Part shown: one piece after another, positions 25,857 through 40,225 of the stretch
How positions within the stretch are numbered: position 1 is the first letter of the stretch
Layout of the letters: the number at the start of each line of letters is the position of its first letter
Source of the DNA: Tubulanus polymorphus
Taxonomy: Eukaryota > Animalia > Nemertea
Direction: 5' to 3'
Assembly: GCF_964204645.1 (NCBI RefSeq)
Contig: NC_134027.1
Location: 13,610,485 to 13,674,484, forward strand
Length of the DNA: 64,000 nucleotides
Notes under the pieces: model-generated
The model's database searches: none
The model's input: the letters and a program-made list of their open reading frames with translations, nothing else
Told to the model about the DNA's origin: nothing
Translations under genes and position numbers: made by a program

Positions 25857-26212
25857 ATGGAAAAAATGAAGTATCTGCAGTATGTGAAATATCTACGAGA
25901 ATGGTGACTCCCAAAATGCTATACAACAGTATATCTATTCAGATAAAAAGAATGACTGTTTCATTATTTTTGTCAAATCTTTATGACAAACTGCTGGATG
26001 GCTTGTCGTATATTCTTCATGTGCCAGTTTCATACATAACGATACTGGATGTGCATCAAGATATTAATGACAATAGTTATCAGATATTAAATGTCAGCTT
26101 TTGTGTTAAATTGGGTGACGAATATGGTGATGACCTATATTGGTCACCTCAGGATCTCCGAGAACAAGTTTATCTACGAAGACTTATGTTATCAGAAATA
26201 TCAACCTTGCAG
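25857..26212 (+). CDS. Celsr: Celsr exon (membrane-proximal/NC region)
   Basis: AG/GT bounded, phase matches: S|DGKNEVSAVCEISTRMVTPKMLYNSI..LREQVYLRR..LQ. Confidence 0.88.
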
Positions 26213-26331
26213 GTATTTTCTAGTCATGGTCTTCAATCTTTAATGTTTTTTCTTTTAATATTCAGGTGTTGTATTCGGATATTTGATCATTTCCTTCTGT
26301 GTATAATGCTTGTTTATGAATCTTTTATTAG

Positions 26332-26509
26332 GTCATGCCATTCCACGATAATTTATGGTGCGTCATGGAACCTTGTTACTACTTCAAAGAATGCATCAAT
26401 ATCCACAAATTTGGAAATGCTTCTTCATTCTTGTCATCGAATGTGATGTTATTCAGACCTATTCACCCGGTTAAGTCTTATGACTGCCAATGTCCGAAAG
26501 GTTTTACAG
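26332..26509 (+). CDS. Celsr: Celsr exon (EGF)
   Basis: VMPFHDNLWCVMEPC..LFRPIHPVKSYDCQCPKGFTG. Confidence 0.9.
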
Positions 26510-26690
26510 GTAATACACGATTTCAAAGCTTTAAATGATTCAGGTGGGTGGCATTGGCATCAGTTATCAACTAGGGTTTTCCTGTCATTATTCTGTGGTT
26601 TGGAAAATCTACCATGTTTACATTATGACTTACAAACGCTTGTGGTCAAGTGATCGTCACTTATAGATGCTTGACCTTGTTTCTTGATAA

Positions 26691-26826
26691 GGGATCATTC
26701 AATTATTATGTAGGCATAAAATTTGAATTTTTCAACCCCCCTCTGTTTGCAAAATTGGCAATTTTTCATATTCATTAAGCATTACGGTACACAATTGCAC
26801 TGACCTCTCCCCTCCCTTAATGCGTA
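26691..26826. mobile_element. Harbinger/Tourist-like MITE
   Basis: GGGATCATTCA / TGAATGACCCC ends flanked by TAA. Confidence 0.6.
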
Positions 26827-27029
26827 CGTTATAAATGAATGACCCCTAATGACATCACAGGGAAAGCCCTTCAGCATCCATGGACTTTCCCAGTGATGTC
26901 ATTATCAAGAATATATACGTATACAGCATGGTATTGTTAGCTCATTAGGAACTAAAATTGACTTTTCAGTGCTTATGTTGGTGAATAAGATGTGCATATG
27001 AATATTCGGATGAATTTTACGCAATGTGA

Positions 27030-29029
27030 CAGTCTACCCCGGATGTAACGTTGTTGGATTTACCGTAGATTCACTTTTATCGTATTATTTCCCAGGTCCC
27101 CATTTTTAGGCCAGCCGTAGGCTGAGCCTATTACTATACAAATGGAGTGAATTTAAACGACATAGTTTCCAGAGTAAAGGCTCTTTGAATGTGCAACTGA
27201 GCATATATTCATAAAAATCATTCATTAGGGCATCATCCATTATCCAACCCCTATGAAGCTGAATTTTGAAAGAGGGTCGCGTTGAAATTTATATGATCTT
27301 TTTCGCGAAAATCTGATCGCAAAAATATCTGTTTTAAAAAGCCAATCAGAAAGCAAAGACTCCTCTATGATTGGCTTAGCCGCAGAGATCAGCAGGTGTT
27401 CACGTGAACCCGTGGTATCGTCTACCGTTTTACTTCCGGGTCTAATTTTAAGATCTAAAGTTGTATTTCAATATCGTTAGTTGATGTTTAGTTGATTTGG
27501 TTTTTGGGAGGAATATCTTTATTTGCACTACAGAAAATATCATTGACAATTTGTGCAAAGTCCAGGAAAAATAGCTTTTTCTCAAATCGGATGGATGACC
27601 TTGATATGCTAATTAGCTATATGCTCAAACTGCAAATTCAATCAAATTTATTCTGCAATAAGAAAATATCCAAACCAATTCAATTTTACTTAATTGAACA
27701 AGGTAAAACAGCAAATGCATTTCAATTTTGTTATATTGAGCAAATTTCAGATAATTCAATTTTATTCCGCATTCAAATCAATAAGACCGAGGGAAAAGAT
27801 TAATCTGAGGTATTTGTTCCTGCCAGCTCCAGTCGCTGTCTGTGCTACTCATGAAGACACGGTTGAATTGTGTAAATTATTAGCCTGAAATTGACTAGTC
27901 AATGAGCTGGGAGAGTATTTGGACAAATTTAACCTACAGAATGCATCATTTGCCAAGCTGACAGGCTGGCCATAGTGCAGCTTAGGGCTCTTGTTTCCTT
28001 CTATTAGGCCTTAAAAATTTCGAATATACCGTTTTTTCTATAACCTAGATCACTTATATCGCATAATTTATTTGGTCCCAATTAGTCAAATTATCTAACT
28101 ACTATTTTTACTATACTTTAGTCTATTTAAGTGTTTTATTTTTTCATGAAATATTAGCACAAAAGAAAGGCTATTGCTCCTTGATAACAGAGTAAAAATA
28201 AAAGAAATTACAAGGGCAGAAAAAATTATTCATTAACCCTTTAACCGGCAAGTATTTTTCGGCCTATGAGAGCTCTTTTCACAAGCTTTCAAATGATACC
28301 ATGTTTGCAAACTTTGGGGGGTTACCTTCAGGGTCTGACCCCAAGGTCACAGATCCCAAGGTCATCCAGATTTTTGGGCCACCCATAATAAAAAACTGTC
28401 ATGAGATTCATCCCAATACGAATTATCATCAGAATCTTTCATTAATATGTCCAAATTATCAGCCAAACTCATTAGAGAACGTCTTTAGTGCATTGGCCAT
28501 TACTACTAACGATATTCTCAATTTTGGAAATCTGACCCACATGACACGTGGTTTCCATACCCCCTTCTACATGCCAAATGTATGATATATCACTTTCCTG
28601 CCTTGTTAGACTTTGTAGGCCGTCTGGTGTCGCCATCTGCTGATAGGAAAATGAATTAGAATGCTTCACTGAAATCAATAGCTGGTCTATTCAAATCGGT
28701 CATTAGCAACCGATTGCCAGTTAAAGGGTTAATATGGGATCCTTTAGATATGATATAGCCATGGACTTAAGATCTATAATTAGCAGATGGCGTTCGCAAA
28801 CATCGGCATGAAACCTGAATGGAATTTTAAGCCGCTTATTTCTTCTCTGATTATTCAACACATTGAAGTCTTTTTGTACACACAGGCATGCATGATACAG
28901 CCTACTGTATCCCTCAATAAATGACATCCGGATATAATGAAGTTTCTATGGTATATACGTATACCGTATTTCGGTTATAACGTATAAATTATCTGGTCCT
29001 GACTGCTACGTTACATCTGAGGTAGACTG
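27030..29029. mobile_element. Tc1/mariner-type element containing a nested Helentron-like copy
   Basis: TIR CAGTCTACCCCGGATGTAACGT / ACGTTACATCTGAGGTAGACTG. Confidence 0.7.
27105..27995 (+). mobile_element. Helentron/DINE-like non-autonomous element, family A, copy 1
   Basis: 5' TTTTTAGGCCAGCCGTAGGCTGAGCC; 3' GACAGGCTGGCC subterminal IR, short hairpin, CTCTTGTT; homologous to 37447-39540 and 42577-45225. Confidence 0.7.
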
Positions 29030-31391
29030 TAGTCCTATTTACATATAGAAAACACCGAACCGGTGAACTAGTATTGTTTAGGATATAAGTAATTGTCATT
29101 CACTTCCACGGCATGGCTCATCCGTAGCGATCCCGCTTTGTATGGGTATCATGTGGGGAGAATGAGTGTTGTGAATGCATTTCGTCATGACGCTCTGATT
29201 CCTGGCTGCGGCTGCGGCTGCGGCAGTCTTGATCCGCAACACGCCGATGTAGCTGCTACGGTTCATTCTTCTAACCGTGAAGGAATCTACTCATATATTA
29301 CAAATTGCGTCCCTCTATCGTTTACTGGTTATTTGAACTCATCTCTGGTCATCTCATCTCTGCACTTCATAAGGCTGTGGTAAAACCTCTTGGCCCATGG
29401 GCAATTATTATTGTGAATGAAATAAACTTGATAATCGATTTTCATTTAAGTTGTTAACGGTCCAATTATTATTAAAAAGTCTTTGAAAGTGACAGACATT
29501 GGTCCTATAAGCGGCCGTATTTCCTTCTAAAGTTTAAAGCAAAACAAATCCATCTGTTTTGCCTACCACTATCCGAGGCGTCAAGCCTCACTGTAGTGCC
29601 CAGGGCAGTTGTTAAAGCAAAGAGATCTGCATAATTTAAAGAGAAGTAGAATGAACAATGTAACATGTTTTCATCGATATTATAAAAAACTGTACCTCGA
29701 GAGCACAGAACCTTTGGTCCTCTAGTTTGTTCTGCCATGGGCTTGTGAGTCAAAAATCCATACCCATGTATATCATCAAAGTTGAACATGTATAGATACT
29801 ATATAGTGCACCAAGATTTCATCTTTATACGTTATTGCAAATCCAAGAACAAATCAATTTTGTGCTCAAAAACTAAAATTAACTCAGTTGCTCCTACTGG
29901 ACCCATGGTCCTTTATTACATTTTCTCATGTTTGCTCATCAATTTCTGGCATTCTAAGGCATCAAACAGAAATTAGCCCTTTTACAATTAACAGCAAAGA
30001 TGGTTTGAAGAACAAATGATTTATTTTACCGTAAAAACATTCCAACTGTTGTGTCCATATTCTGTACAATAATACAATTGTCTTTGGTATATGGTTTAAC
30101 GCGTAGCTATCGTAGACATATCTACAGTCCAAAAACTGGCTCGTTTCGAATCAAGCTGGCCGACTGGTGGCCATTGTTGTTAGCCGAAATCAGTACTTAT
30201 TACACATATTGAATTTTAGAAGACACTTATGAATTATTTTAATCATTCATATATGCTTGTATCCGTTGGGTCCATTGGCATAAGAAAATTATGTTGATCA
30301 GACACTAGTTGGCTGGTCCTGTGACTCCTATTGTACAAAAAAAAACTCATTTTTGGCATGAATTCCAAGAACTGTAGCTTCCTAATGGTGTTCCATTTTT
30401 CATTGAAATTAGTGCTAGGTATACTTTTGGAAGAGATCTTTAACATATCCGAAGGGTTTTTTGACCTGTCAATTGTCATTCAGTTGGTTGCCATTTTAAT
30501 GTCATCAATCATCTTACAAAGATGGAAAAGTTTTTTTTTCTTGAAAATGCCAGCAGTTATTAGCGAACCTATGCTTCTAACGCCAATGGTCTAGTTGGCC
30601 TTGTGCCAAAATTACAAAAGTGGTGTTAACAAGCCACACTTTTAAATATTGATTGTTCTGGTTGTATTTCTTTTAGCAGATGATTCGAATAGTCAAACAC
30701 TGGCTATTGTGACAGGGGCTTGTATTTGAAGTTTGGGGGGTGGTGAACTGTAGCTTAGATCATCCAGTATCCCTGGTACTATATATAAAAAGAAAAGAGT
30801 GGCAACTTGTATTCAGACACATTAAAATCAGCTGTAACTCCTAAAATATCCATAGGATTTTCAATGAAATCCGTTTTAAATTGTTCCTAACATCCTATAT
30901 TTTCTAAATATGTCTACTTGAAGGCCATTTGAAAACCTTTCACTGCTCAAAATCGTGTTCGAAATCGAATTCCCAGTTTTGAAGTATTTGGGAATTTGAG
31001 AAATTTTCCTCAAATCAGCGAAATATTTGGGAAATTCATTAACATATCATGTACTGCATTTGCGAGGGGCCATTTTCTTCAGCGATTTCCCATTTTTTTT
31101 CGCCTTCATCAACCAGACACCACTAAAATGTTGATTGTAGTTATGATGGTATCTTTTCGTTTTTATGAAGGCCTCCATTTTCCATTTGGTAAAAATTGAA
31201 AAATCACCCATGAAATACTTGGGAAAAACCTGGGAATTTTTACTTCATGTAACCGTGGGAACCATGTGACAATACATGCCCCATACTGACTATGCCCATA
31301 TCTCCATAGACTTTTATACTCAAATCGTCCATATTGTTATTAAACATTCTTAAAATTTGATTCAGTATTGTAGTATTTTATTCATGATCAG

Positions 31392-31517
31392 GTATGAAAA
31401 GGAAACGATTGTGTGACACGGAAGTAAATGCATGTTATTCCAATCCATGTGCTGCCAATGGAAAATGTTTACAACGAGAAGGAGGATTTACTTGTATTTG
31501 TCAGCCAGGATATACAG
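31392..31517 (+). CDS. Celsr: Celsr exon (EGF)
   Basis: LCDTEVNACYSNPCAANGKCLQREGGFTCICQPGYTG; not in ORF track. Confidence 0.9.
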
Positions 31518-32354
31518 GTACAATTGAACTATTGTTGCTGGAATTGTGTGTTGATTAGTCCAACTGAGGGGTCGTTTCAAAATATCACCGATTGACCCTT
31601 TTTAGGTAAAATTCTAGATCCTCAAGCAGCTCTTACAGTTGTCATATTTGGCATATGCATTTGGTAGACAGGATATGCAGGCTGGGATATGCATAGAATA
31701 TACTAAGCCGTAACATTTTTATTGGTCAATGAGAAGTAGCATTCTTGGGGCCCACATCGAGTGACCTATTATGATCACCCACGGCACGATTGAATAGGTT
31801 GATGTTCATCATTTCTAGCGGGAATACTGTTATTCAAGGCGTATGATATAATGATTTATTGTGTGGGATGTATTCAATGATTCATATAGTTTTGATATCC
31901 CGTGCATAAGGTAACGTTGCATCAAGATATCTGACGAAAATATGGTTTTAAAATGCGGAAATTTACATCTTCACTAATAATTCATCTAGTAAGCTACTTA
32001 AAGCAATCCTATCGTGCCACGCGATTATCCGTTTTCACTATCAAACATATTTCGAACGAGTTCCAATATTTCTACTGTCGGACCAAATTAGATAAGCTTC
32101 TGCCGTCCCTGGTTATTATGCCAATTGAAGGTTTAAAATTGTGTCATATCTTGATTATATATAAGTGATAACATTTTTGATAAATATAATAATAATACTA
32201 ATGCAATGATGAATTCAGTTGGCAGCGCATAGGAAAAACCAATGGACTTATACTGAAGATTTGTGTAGAGTACACGTTGTATTCACCCTGTATGATGTCA
32301 CATGCATAGCAAATAGTCGGTGCGCGTTCAGAAAATATACACACCTGTTATATA

Positions 32355-32526
32355 CAGTCTACCCCCGATATACTGCACTCCCATATACTGTCAGCCCAGC
32401 CTACCGCCAGGTTTTCTCAATGTACACCGCTATACAAATACGTAGTAAAACACCCCAGATATACTACCATAGTCTACCACCAAAATTATTCAGCACTGAT
32501 GTGGGCAGTATATTGGGGATTGACTG
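32355..32526. mobile_element. Tc1/mariner-type MITE
   Basis: TA CAGTCTACCCCGATATACTGC .. GCAGTATATTGGGGATTGACTG TA. Confidence 0.75.
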
Positions 32527-32846
32527 TATTTTTCAAAAACCCACTTTTAAGATGATAAGAATTTTGATAAATAGGCTACTGAAGTTTACTTTAACACAGG
32601 GTGTGTACAGGAAAAATCTGAATTTTTAGGCCAAAATCATCTGTCAACTTTTACACTCAAGTTGACTACATGAGTTTATATGGTATCTTCAATTTGTTCC
32701 CAGAGGATATGTCACTGGGCCATTGCTCCTCAATATAGGTTTGAGGGTGATGGAAAAGAAAGAAGGATGGATTCTTCATTCTGTGATATTATATTTCGGA
32801 ATTTTCCAAATGCTTAAATCAGTTTTCTTTGTTAAATGATTTTCAG

Positions 32847-33087
32847 GGATGTTCTGTGAAATCGATATGTCAACAAAAAAGTATGAACGAAATGCATGCC
32901 CCATCAATATCTGTCGAAAACCATCTAAGTGTATTCCATTAGTAAAGGGTGGTTTCCATTGCGATAACTGCCCTAAGAAAGCATTCAGAGATGAATTCTG
33001 TCAGCTGACCACGCGAGGCTTCATGGAGTCATCATTTCTTATGTATACATCATTAAAGCGTAGACATCGCTTTCATATTCATCTAGT
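32847..33087 (+). CDS. Celsr: Celsr exon (EGF, start of LamG1)
   Basis: FCEID..GGFHCDNC..CQLTTRGF..LKRRHRFHIHL. Confidence 0.9.
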
Positions 33088-33175
33088 GTAAGAACGCAAG
33101 CATAACTTTTTTATCATCCCTCTAACTATATCGATTAAGTCTGAAGTTCAACTAACTTCTGTTCTTTTATTTTAG

Positions 33176-33386
33176 ATTTTCCACTCTCAAGAAGGATGGC
33201 TTGCTTTTTTATAATGGGCGTTTGTACCCAGAATATTTTGATTTTATTGCTTTGTCGGTACGAAATGGTCAAGTTGAATTTCTCTTTTCTTTGGGTGATC
33301 AAAATGTGACAAGGGCAGTAACTTCCACATCAGGCAGTGTCAACAATGGGGAATGGCAGGAAGTTAACTTGGAGTACTTGAATCGT
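33176..33386 (+). CDS. Celsr: Celsr exon (LamG1)
   Basis: FSTLKKDGLLFYNGR..DFIAL..VNNGEWQEVNLEYLNR. Confidence 0.9.
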
Positions 33387-34599
33387 GTAAGTATGATATA
33401 CATATTCCTGGAGCTGCCACTGTCCCAATCTAACCAATTGTTCTGCTGTCCCGCTATTATTGAAATTTTCCTTGGCGTTTGCTACTGCTGTCATGGGGTG
33501 AATAAAATTGCCCCAATGCGTTAATGTGCTTCTTGTGTTTATTGTATTATGATGTATTTTCATACTGTAATGGTACCTAAACATATTTTGTAACAATCAA
33601 TTGCAAAATTGTAGCTAGTCATATGTTCAATGAGTGTGGTGAGTTTTAAGATCATTGCTTTTATATTTTTACCAGACGCAATGAATATTGAAATTTTCTG
33701 TTGAGCATTTCAAATTACTTCCCAAGGGGGACCTCTAGTCTGAATACCAGTCGTTGTTACCGGTTCCCTACAACGTCTGACGCTGAAGTATCATATAGAG
33801 GTTAACTCCTGTTAATTGCAATGCAACAACTGATTTTAGTGTCAAATCAAACCTTTGTACTAAAATAAATAAATAAGTTACCTTGTTGACTTTGAAAACG
33901 TGTTCTATAATAATATTTTTGATGATTTAAATCACGAATCGGAGAATTTATTGATTTGATTTGAATTGAATTGATTGCCATAATCGGGATTTCCAATACG
34001 GACTGGATTAATAAAATGTGAAATTTCAATATGTCTCTCTAAAATAACTCTAAATATTATTTTTTGTTGATAAAATGCATAAATTTTGGTCAATTTTAAG
34101 AATTTGAAACAAGAATGATATCTGCATTGGCATCAATGTCAGTCAAAGTTTAAGTCCGAATCCGTAATTTACACTGCACCACGCACTGCGAAAAGCCGCC
34201 ATATTTGTTATGGTGCTTCACTTCAACTATTTTTTGAGGCGACTAGTCAAAAATTTTGAGCTACTACGATCGTCAAAAGCTACTTAGGATTACAAATTTA
34301 TGCACAAACAATAGTTAACTTCCATCTGATTACAGAACAGTCAGTTTGAGGTAAGTTGATGGTGTTTTAAGGGGTGCAATAGACGCTCAAAGCCTCGTCC
34401 CTCAAAATGAGGGACGAAAATTAACCTTATATGATCACTTTCGCCCTAGACGTTGTTTGTAGTACTAGACTACCTGGACCTCTAGTTCTCCAACTAATCT
34501 CTCCCGGAATCCTCCGAACCACAGGGACCTTTAGGGATGAAATGTCATGCGACCCCGTGTTGGGCCATGAATGGTAGATTTTCACTAATGTGAATTAAT

Positions 34600-35310
34600 T
34601 TTAAAAATGCTCGCGATAAAAAGCAATTCGTACTAATACATAGATCACCTGAAATAACCCAATTGATTAAGCAGGAAGCTCCAGAGATAAATGGTTATCC
34701 CAGTCAAGATTGGATTCCCATAAATTCTGAATAAACTTCTTCACCAAAATAGTACTGGAGTAATTAATCCTAGTAGACCGTTAATTTGGCCCTTTCACTA
34801 ACAATTTCTCTCTTTGTAATGAATTGTGTATCGGATCGTCTTTTACCAGTCGCAACGTATCATCAGAAGTATTCCAGCAGATACCTTAAGTCTTGACAGA
34901 CTGTTTGCTACTTGGTACATCATCTTTTAATGCTCTTTGTCTATATCTTTAGAATTCGACAGCCACTCATGCAGGTTAAACCCTGCTTCATTGAGTAATG
35001 ATCTGGAAGTTTCATAGAATTCAATCAACTCAGTATCAGTATACCTACCCAACAAAACATTATCTACATACAAACTATTATGTAAATCTCTAGAAATAGT
35101 ACAATCGTTTAAATCTAGATGATGCTCATGTTGTTGCATTCAGAATAAAAGGAGAACTTTTGGCTCCTAACAAAATCACGTGAAACTTATAAAAACAAAT
35201 TCACTCTTGGCATCTTGGGGATTGGATAGCCACATAAATCTTACTTCATAAAGATGATGGCGATTATATAGAATATGCAAAAATGCGTTCTCTATATTGG
35301 TGCAAAATCT
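34600..35310 (-). mobile_element. BEL/Pao LTR retrotransposon RT fragment
   Basis: LYVDNVLLG, LLNEAGFNLHEWLSNS, LGICWNTSDDTL, degenerate. Confidence 0.75.
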
Positions 35311-35707
35311 GTAGCAAAATAGTCAATTGTTTATGAGATTAGGACCCTTTGAAAGATAATCATTACAGACACATTCGATTGAGCCAAAGCAGTGTATGAT
35401 ATTGTGCGGCTGGGCGCTGTTTGGTGAATAAAAACGTGACGATATCTACCGTTTCGAGAATTACCTGCTTACAATAAAAATCTTGGGTATAAAAAAATCC
35501 ATATTCAAAATAACCGTATGACCAACACTATTGGAACCTATATAGAATGTCCTTATAGTGTTTAGACCCACTATGGTGGTAATCCCATTATTCAACATAC
35601 TAGGGCAGAATTTTTGAAAATTTTCAAATTATCTCCAGCACTATTGGGTATTAATTAGTCAGCACTGAAAGGGTTTATGAGCATGGCGTTTTTTCTTTTT
35701 TACACAG

Positions 35708-35817
35708 ACTGTTTGGCTTACGGTTGGTTCAGATTGTGACCGGGGCATATATTCAAACTTTGTTGGAAATAGTTCTCATCGATGTGCAATTACAGCTCGC
35801 AAGATCTTGGATGAGAG
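35708..35817 (+). CDS. Celsr: Celsr exon (LamG1)
   Basis: TVWLTVGSDCDRGIYSNFVGNSSHRCAITARKILDER; phase 0 to 2 joins flanking exons exactly. Confidence 0.85.
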
Positions 35818-35923
35818 GTAGGATTCTTTCATTTTGACATCACAATGTATCCTGAAAATACCTTGGAAAGGGTGTCCAATAAGAATGCAAAAGGGTTGTT
35901 CCAAATATATCAGCAACTTACTA

Positions 35924-35924
35924 A

Positions 35925-35956
<32 letters not shown>

Positions 35957-36062
35957 CACGTGTACGTACTAGATATACACATACACACACATACGCACAC
36001 ATACACACACATACGCATACATACGCACACATACACACACATACATACGTATATATATATAT
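35924..36062. repeat. Compound microsatellite (TA, TATG, CA/CATA)
   Basis: Direct observation. Confidence 0.92.
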
Positions 36063-37446
36063 AATCCTGAACATGCATTTTCGTATCAAGTTTATAATCA
36101 GGCGGCTAGGTGGAATTTATTTAACCATTTCAGCACATTAAGTTTGACTACTGTAAATTACTAACCTTCTTAGAATATTTCAAAAAGAAGTCTTGAGTTC
36201 TGCAACTGGTACATAAAATGGGTGTGACCCTTTAAAAGGGCCCCAGTCTTTGTTTTAATTTATGAATATGAGTGTTTTGCAGCTGGCAATCGAGTGAAGC
36301 CTTACCTATTGATAATGAGCCACTCATGACTGTTTCAATTAGTGCTAATTATCGCTCTCATTTAACAATTTATGCACAAAATTCAGGTTAGTTTTGATTG
36401 ATAGCTTTAAGTTTAAGAATGAAATGTTAAGAATGTTCTACTCAAGACCAAATATTTTGGGGCATGGCTCATTTAAGACCCCAAACGGCTAATGGTCATG
36501 CCAATATAGATATCACATATCCAGATATTGGTTCTCGGGCTTCTGTTATCAAACCTTTATTCTTTGTCTATCTGCCTGTGTATCTGTCATTCAGCTACTT
36601 AGCTTCGTTAATAGTGGGTCAATCTTGATGCGACATGGGTACAATGTCATTATGGTGGTCTAGTTGTGCTGTGCAAAGAATGGGCCATTATGGTGGTCTA
36701 GTTGTGCTGTGCAAAGAAAGGGCCCAGTGCACCACCTAGTGGCAGAACTTCAAATAGTTGTCTTGAAAATATTTAGCTATTGGCCAGGTACAACATATCC
36801 TAAATTCTATGAGAACTGTCACTTGGTTATTTTGGAGTTTGCATTTGAGCCCTAGAACTGTTATTGCCTTTGGCTTGTTGGTAGATGGCCTGATTGAAAA
36901 ACTAATGAACAAGAATTATGTTCAAAGAGTACACTTATATTTTCTATCACTAATCATTTCGTTTATTCAACAATTTAGGTACAACTTTCGAAATAGTCTC
37001 GGTTTATAGTTTTGGATATGGCAATCATGTTTCTTAAGCACTATTGGAACATCTGTCATTCAAGACCACAAAAGGTCAAGGGTTTGGCTATGATATAGGT
37101 TACTTACAAAAATGTTCCATCAATATGTTGCCCCAGTATAGATGATAATGTACAGCCTGATACAGAAACAGCATGTCTAGTTCTGAAGTTAATTGCAATA
37201 CTAAACTTTACATATTTAATTTAAATGTTATATCCAGATCTCTTTTGTATCAGGACTGCTTATTGGCCGAGATCGAGTGAGCTTAAACAAATGCGAAGCG
37301 AATAAACATCGTATTTCAAGTACGGCCACTTATGTCAACAAAATCTATCACGTTTTCCTCAGTCTAAAAGCTCTAAATGTTCAGGGATTCGACCACAGGG
37401 GTTGCCTTACTGGTTGGCATCCGTATTTCTATGGATTGTTACTAGT

Positions 37447-39540
37447 TTTTAGGCCAGCCGTACGCTGAGCCTATTACTATACAAATGGAGCGAATTTAAG
37501 TGACATGGTTTCTAGAGCCCTTAGACTGTGCAACTGAGGATATACTCATACAAATCGTTCATTAAAGCAATCCATACACATCCATCTCCATAACAGATAT
37601 CTTAAATACATTCACAAATCAATCCCAATTCACTTGTTTCGTTCTGTTCCCTACTATGTTGATACAAATGCAGAATAATATTACTTTTCTTATTTCTGAC
37701 ATACTGTACATGTTGTAAATATTGTGTTTTTTTCCAGCTCAATGAGCATTGAACTTTTCGGTACGAAATAAAGAAATTGAATTAGATTATCAATTCTCCA
37801 AATCCTGGCGACCTGATTTGGAGAGTTGATAAAATTTATAGATGGACGGCACCCGTAGGACGTCCTTTTGGTAAAGACGTATATGTGGATACAATGATGT
37901 GACTTTTTAACCAAATCTGACAAAGTCAGAAAAAATGACGTCACTTGACGTCCAGTTGAAGTTCATGGGGATTTCGGAAGTAGAATTACATCACACCAAT
38001 ATCCGGCAGCCCATAAACTAAAATACGGCAACTTTTAAGTCGGGATTTCAGAAATGATTCATTTTGTGAAATTTCGACCAAGATTGGGTCAATGAATAGT
38101 TTCACAATCAACCACGTTGATCGAACGAGTTGAAAATAGCTGAAATTCCCTTAGCAACGGAGGCAAATTCATAATAACTAACTGCACGGCGGTTCAGCAT
38201 GGCGCAGGTTCGAATCCCGGCGAATTACGCTCTTGCACGCCGCACAGTCAATCCTAGCCACAGCACTGAAATACGTTAGTTTTATAAAATTTAATGAAAC
38301 TGGGGTGAAAGACGCGTGTAGAGTCGTATGATTTGCTTCGGCACGGTACTCTCGAGTGCGAGCACTGAGTAGCAACATCACGGTCGGTAAAACATTAGTC
38401 TCCGCCCCTTCTTATGCCAAATAAGGAATTCGGTACCGCTTGCCACGTGCACTGCTTATTTTGAACCGTACATTGCCGGTACTCGTCATTGCAGAGGATA
38501 AGAAAAAAATGAACATTCTTCGCCAAAAGAAATCAATTTCTCTACAGACATTTGTATTTCCTACTTACTCGATTTTTTTCTGCAGAAAATTATTTTCGAA
38601 CTGCTACATTTCAACGCGTATTCCATTTTTTTCTCTTTAGAAGGTATAATTGAAAAATGCGTTGTCTTCCTTTTATTTTCATTTTCAAATGAAGCTAAAT
38701 TTCTAGCCACCAGGTCAAAATTCTTCCATCTTGAAAAAACCCCTCAGTTTCACCATAGATGTCATAGGTTACATTATGGTTTCACGATCACTTCATTTAA
38801 ATCGAAATAGTATTTTTTTTAGCAGACAGTAAGGGTAATTATGAGACTATATTCAATTAAAAAATTTTTCAAGTTTTTTTCTCGCAGAAAATATAATTTT
38901 ATTTGATGTGTTTCCTCAATTTTCTAATCCTATATAAGCCCAATTCAGAAATGAATCAACCTTGAGTAACAGTTTCATCTTCTATCCTGCCATCCCTTAA
39001 CCCTGGCATTAGTTTTGCCGCTAACTTAGAATTGATTCAATTTCTTCATTAATTTAATGCTTTGGGCCCGCTACAGTACACTACAGAAAATATCATTGAC
39101 AATTAGTCCTGGAAAAATAGTTTTTTCGCAAATTGCATGGATGACCTTGATATGCAAAGTTCGCCATGTGCTGAAATTGCAAATTCAATCAAATTTTATT
39201 CTGCAAAAAAGAAATCAAATCCAATTCAATTTTACTTTATTGAACAAATATAACATCAAATCCAATTCAATTTTGTTTATTGAGCAAATTTCAGAAAATT
39301 CTGATCTGTTCCACATTCAGGTCAATGAGACCAAGGGAAAAGATTTGTCTGAGGTGTTTGTTCCTGCCAGCTCCTGTCTGTGCTACTTATGAAAACATGA
39401 TTGTACTACTGTGTAAATTATAGGTATTGACTCCGTCCGAGCTGGGAGTGTGTTATGACAAATATAACCTTTAGAACGCATAATTTGTCATTCTATCAGA
39501 AGCTGACAGGCTGGCCATAGTGCCCCTTGGGGCTCTTGTT
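37447..39540 (+). mobile_element. Helentron-like family A, copy 2 (different interior)
   Basis: Same terminal motifs as 27105-27995; shared 3' block 39080-39540. Confidence 0.65.
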
Positions 39541-39714
39541 CTCAGATGATTATTAGACTTTGGTGTGAGTATTCTATGTTCCAGCAGCTAGAATGTTAGC
39601 TGTTCTTGGTTTGACCCTTGAATAGATCATTAAATAGTGTATGAGATTGATAAATACTCAGTGTCTGGTACAGTTTTTGATTAACACTTGATTTCCTTAC
39701 GAGAATATATTTTT

Positions 39715-40156
39715 TTTATGCCCCCGGCTCAACTTAAGTTGAAGTGGGGCCTCTAGGCTGTTAATGTCGATTCGATTCAAATTATGGCCACCAGGGGGCC
39801 AACATGAAAAAAGATGCTAACAGCCTAGCGGCTGCAATTGTTGACCGATTCATTTCAAACTTGGTACACAAGTAGGGTATCACTTGGGCCTGAACCCTAT
39901 TTAAAATTGGGTGGATTCGATTCAAATTATTACTAGAGGCCCCAATTGTTGACCGATTCAAAATATGGCCATCAGGGGAAAAGAGCCTTGAGGCTGCAAC
40001 TGTTGATAGATTATTTACACTTTGCACACATGTTCTCTAATATCATTCTTATAGAAATAATTGTGATCATGATATTTCTAACGCATTTACCACAAAAACT
40101 TCACGTGGCGGTGAATTTCAGGCTGGGGGCATTCTAGGCTTTGCCTCATTCTAGTT
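39715..40156 (+). mobile_element. Helentron-like family B, copy 1
   Basis: TTTTATGCCCCCGGCTCAACTTAAGTTGA start, GGGGGCAT subterminal IR plus hairpin end; internal ~120-bp core repeats. Confidence 0.6.
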
Positions 40157-40225
40157 TCATGTGAAATGTAGAGGAAACTGAAACCAACCTGATTCTGTCT
40201 ATAACTTATCTCTGATTTTTTTAAG

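Noticed and set aside
35776-36141. His/Thr- and Cys/Val-rich ORFs
   Set aside because: Translations of a compound microsatellite
38200-38222. GGTTCGAATCCC tRNA B-box-like motif
   Set aside because: No A-box or cloverleaf could be folded around it
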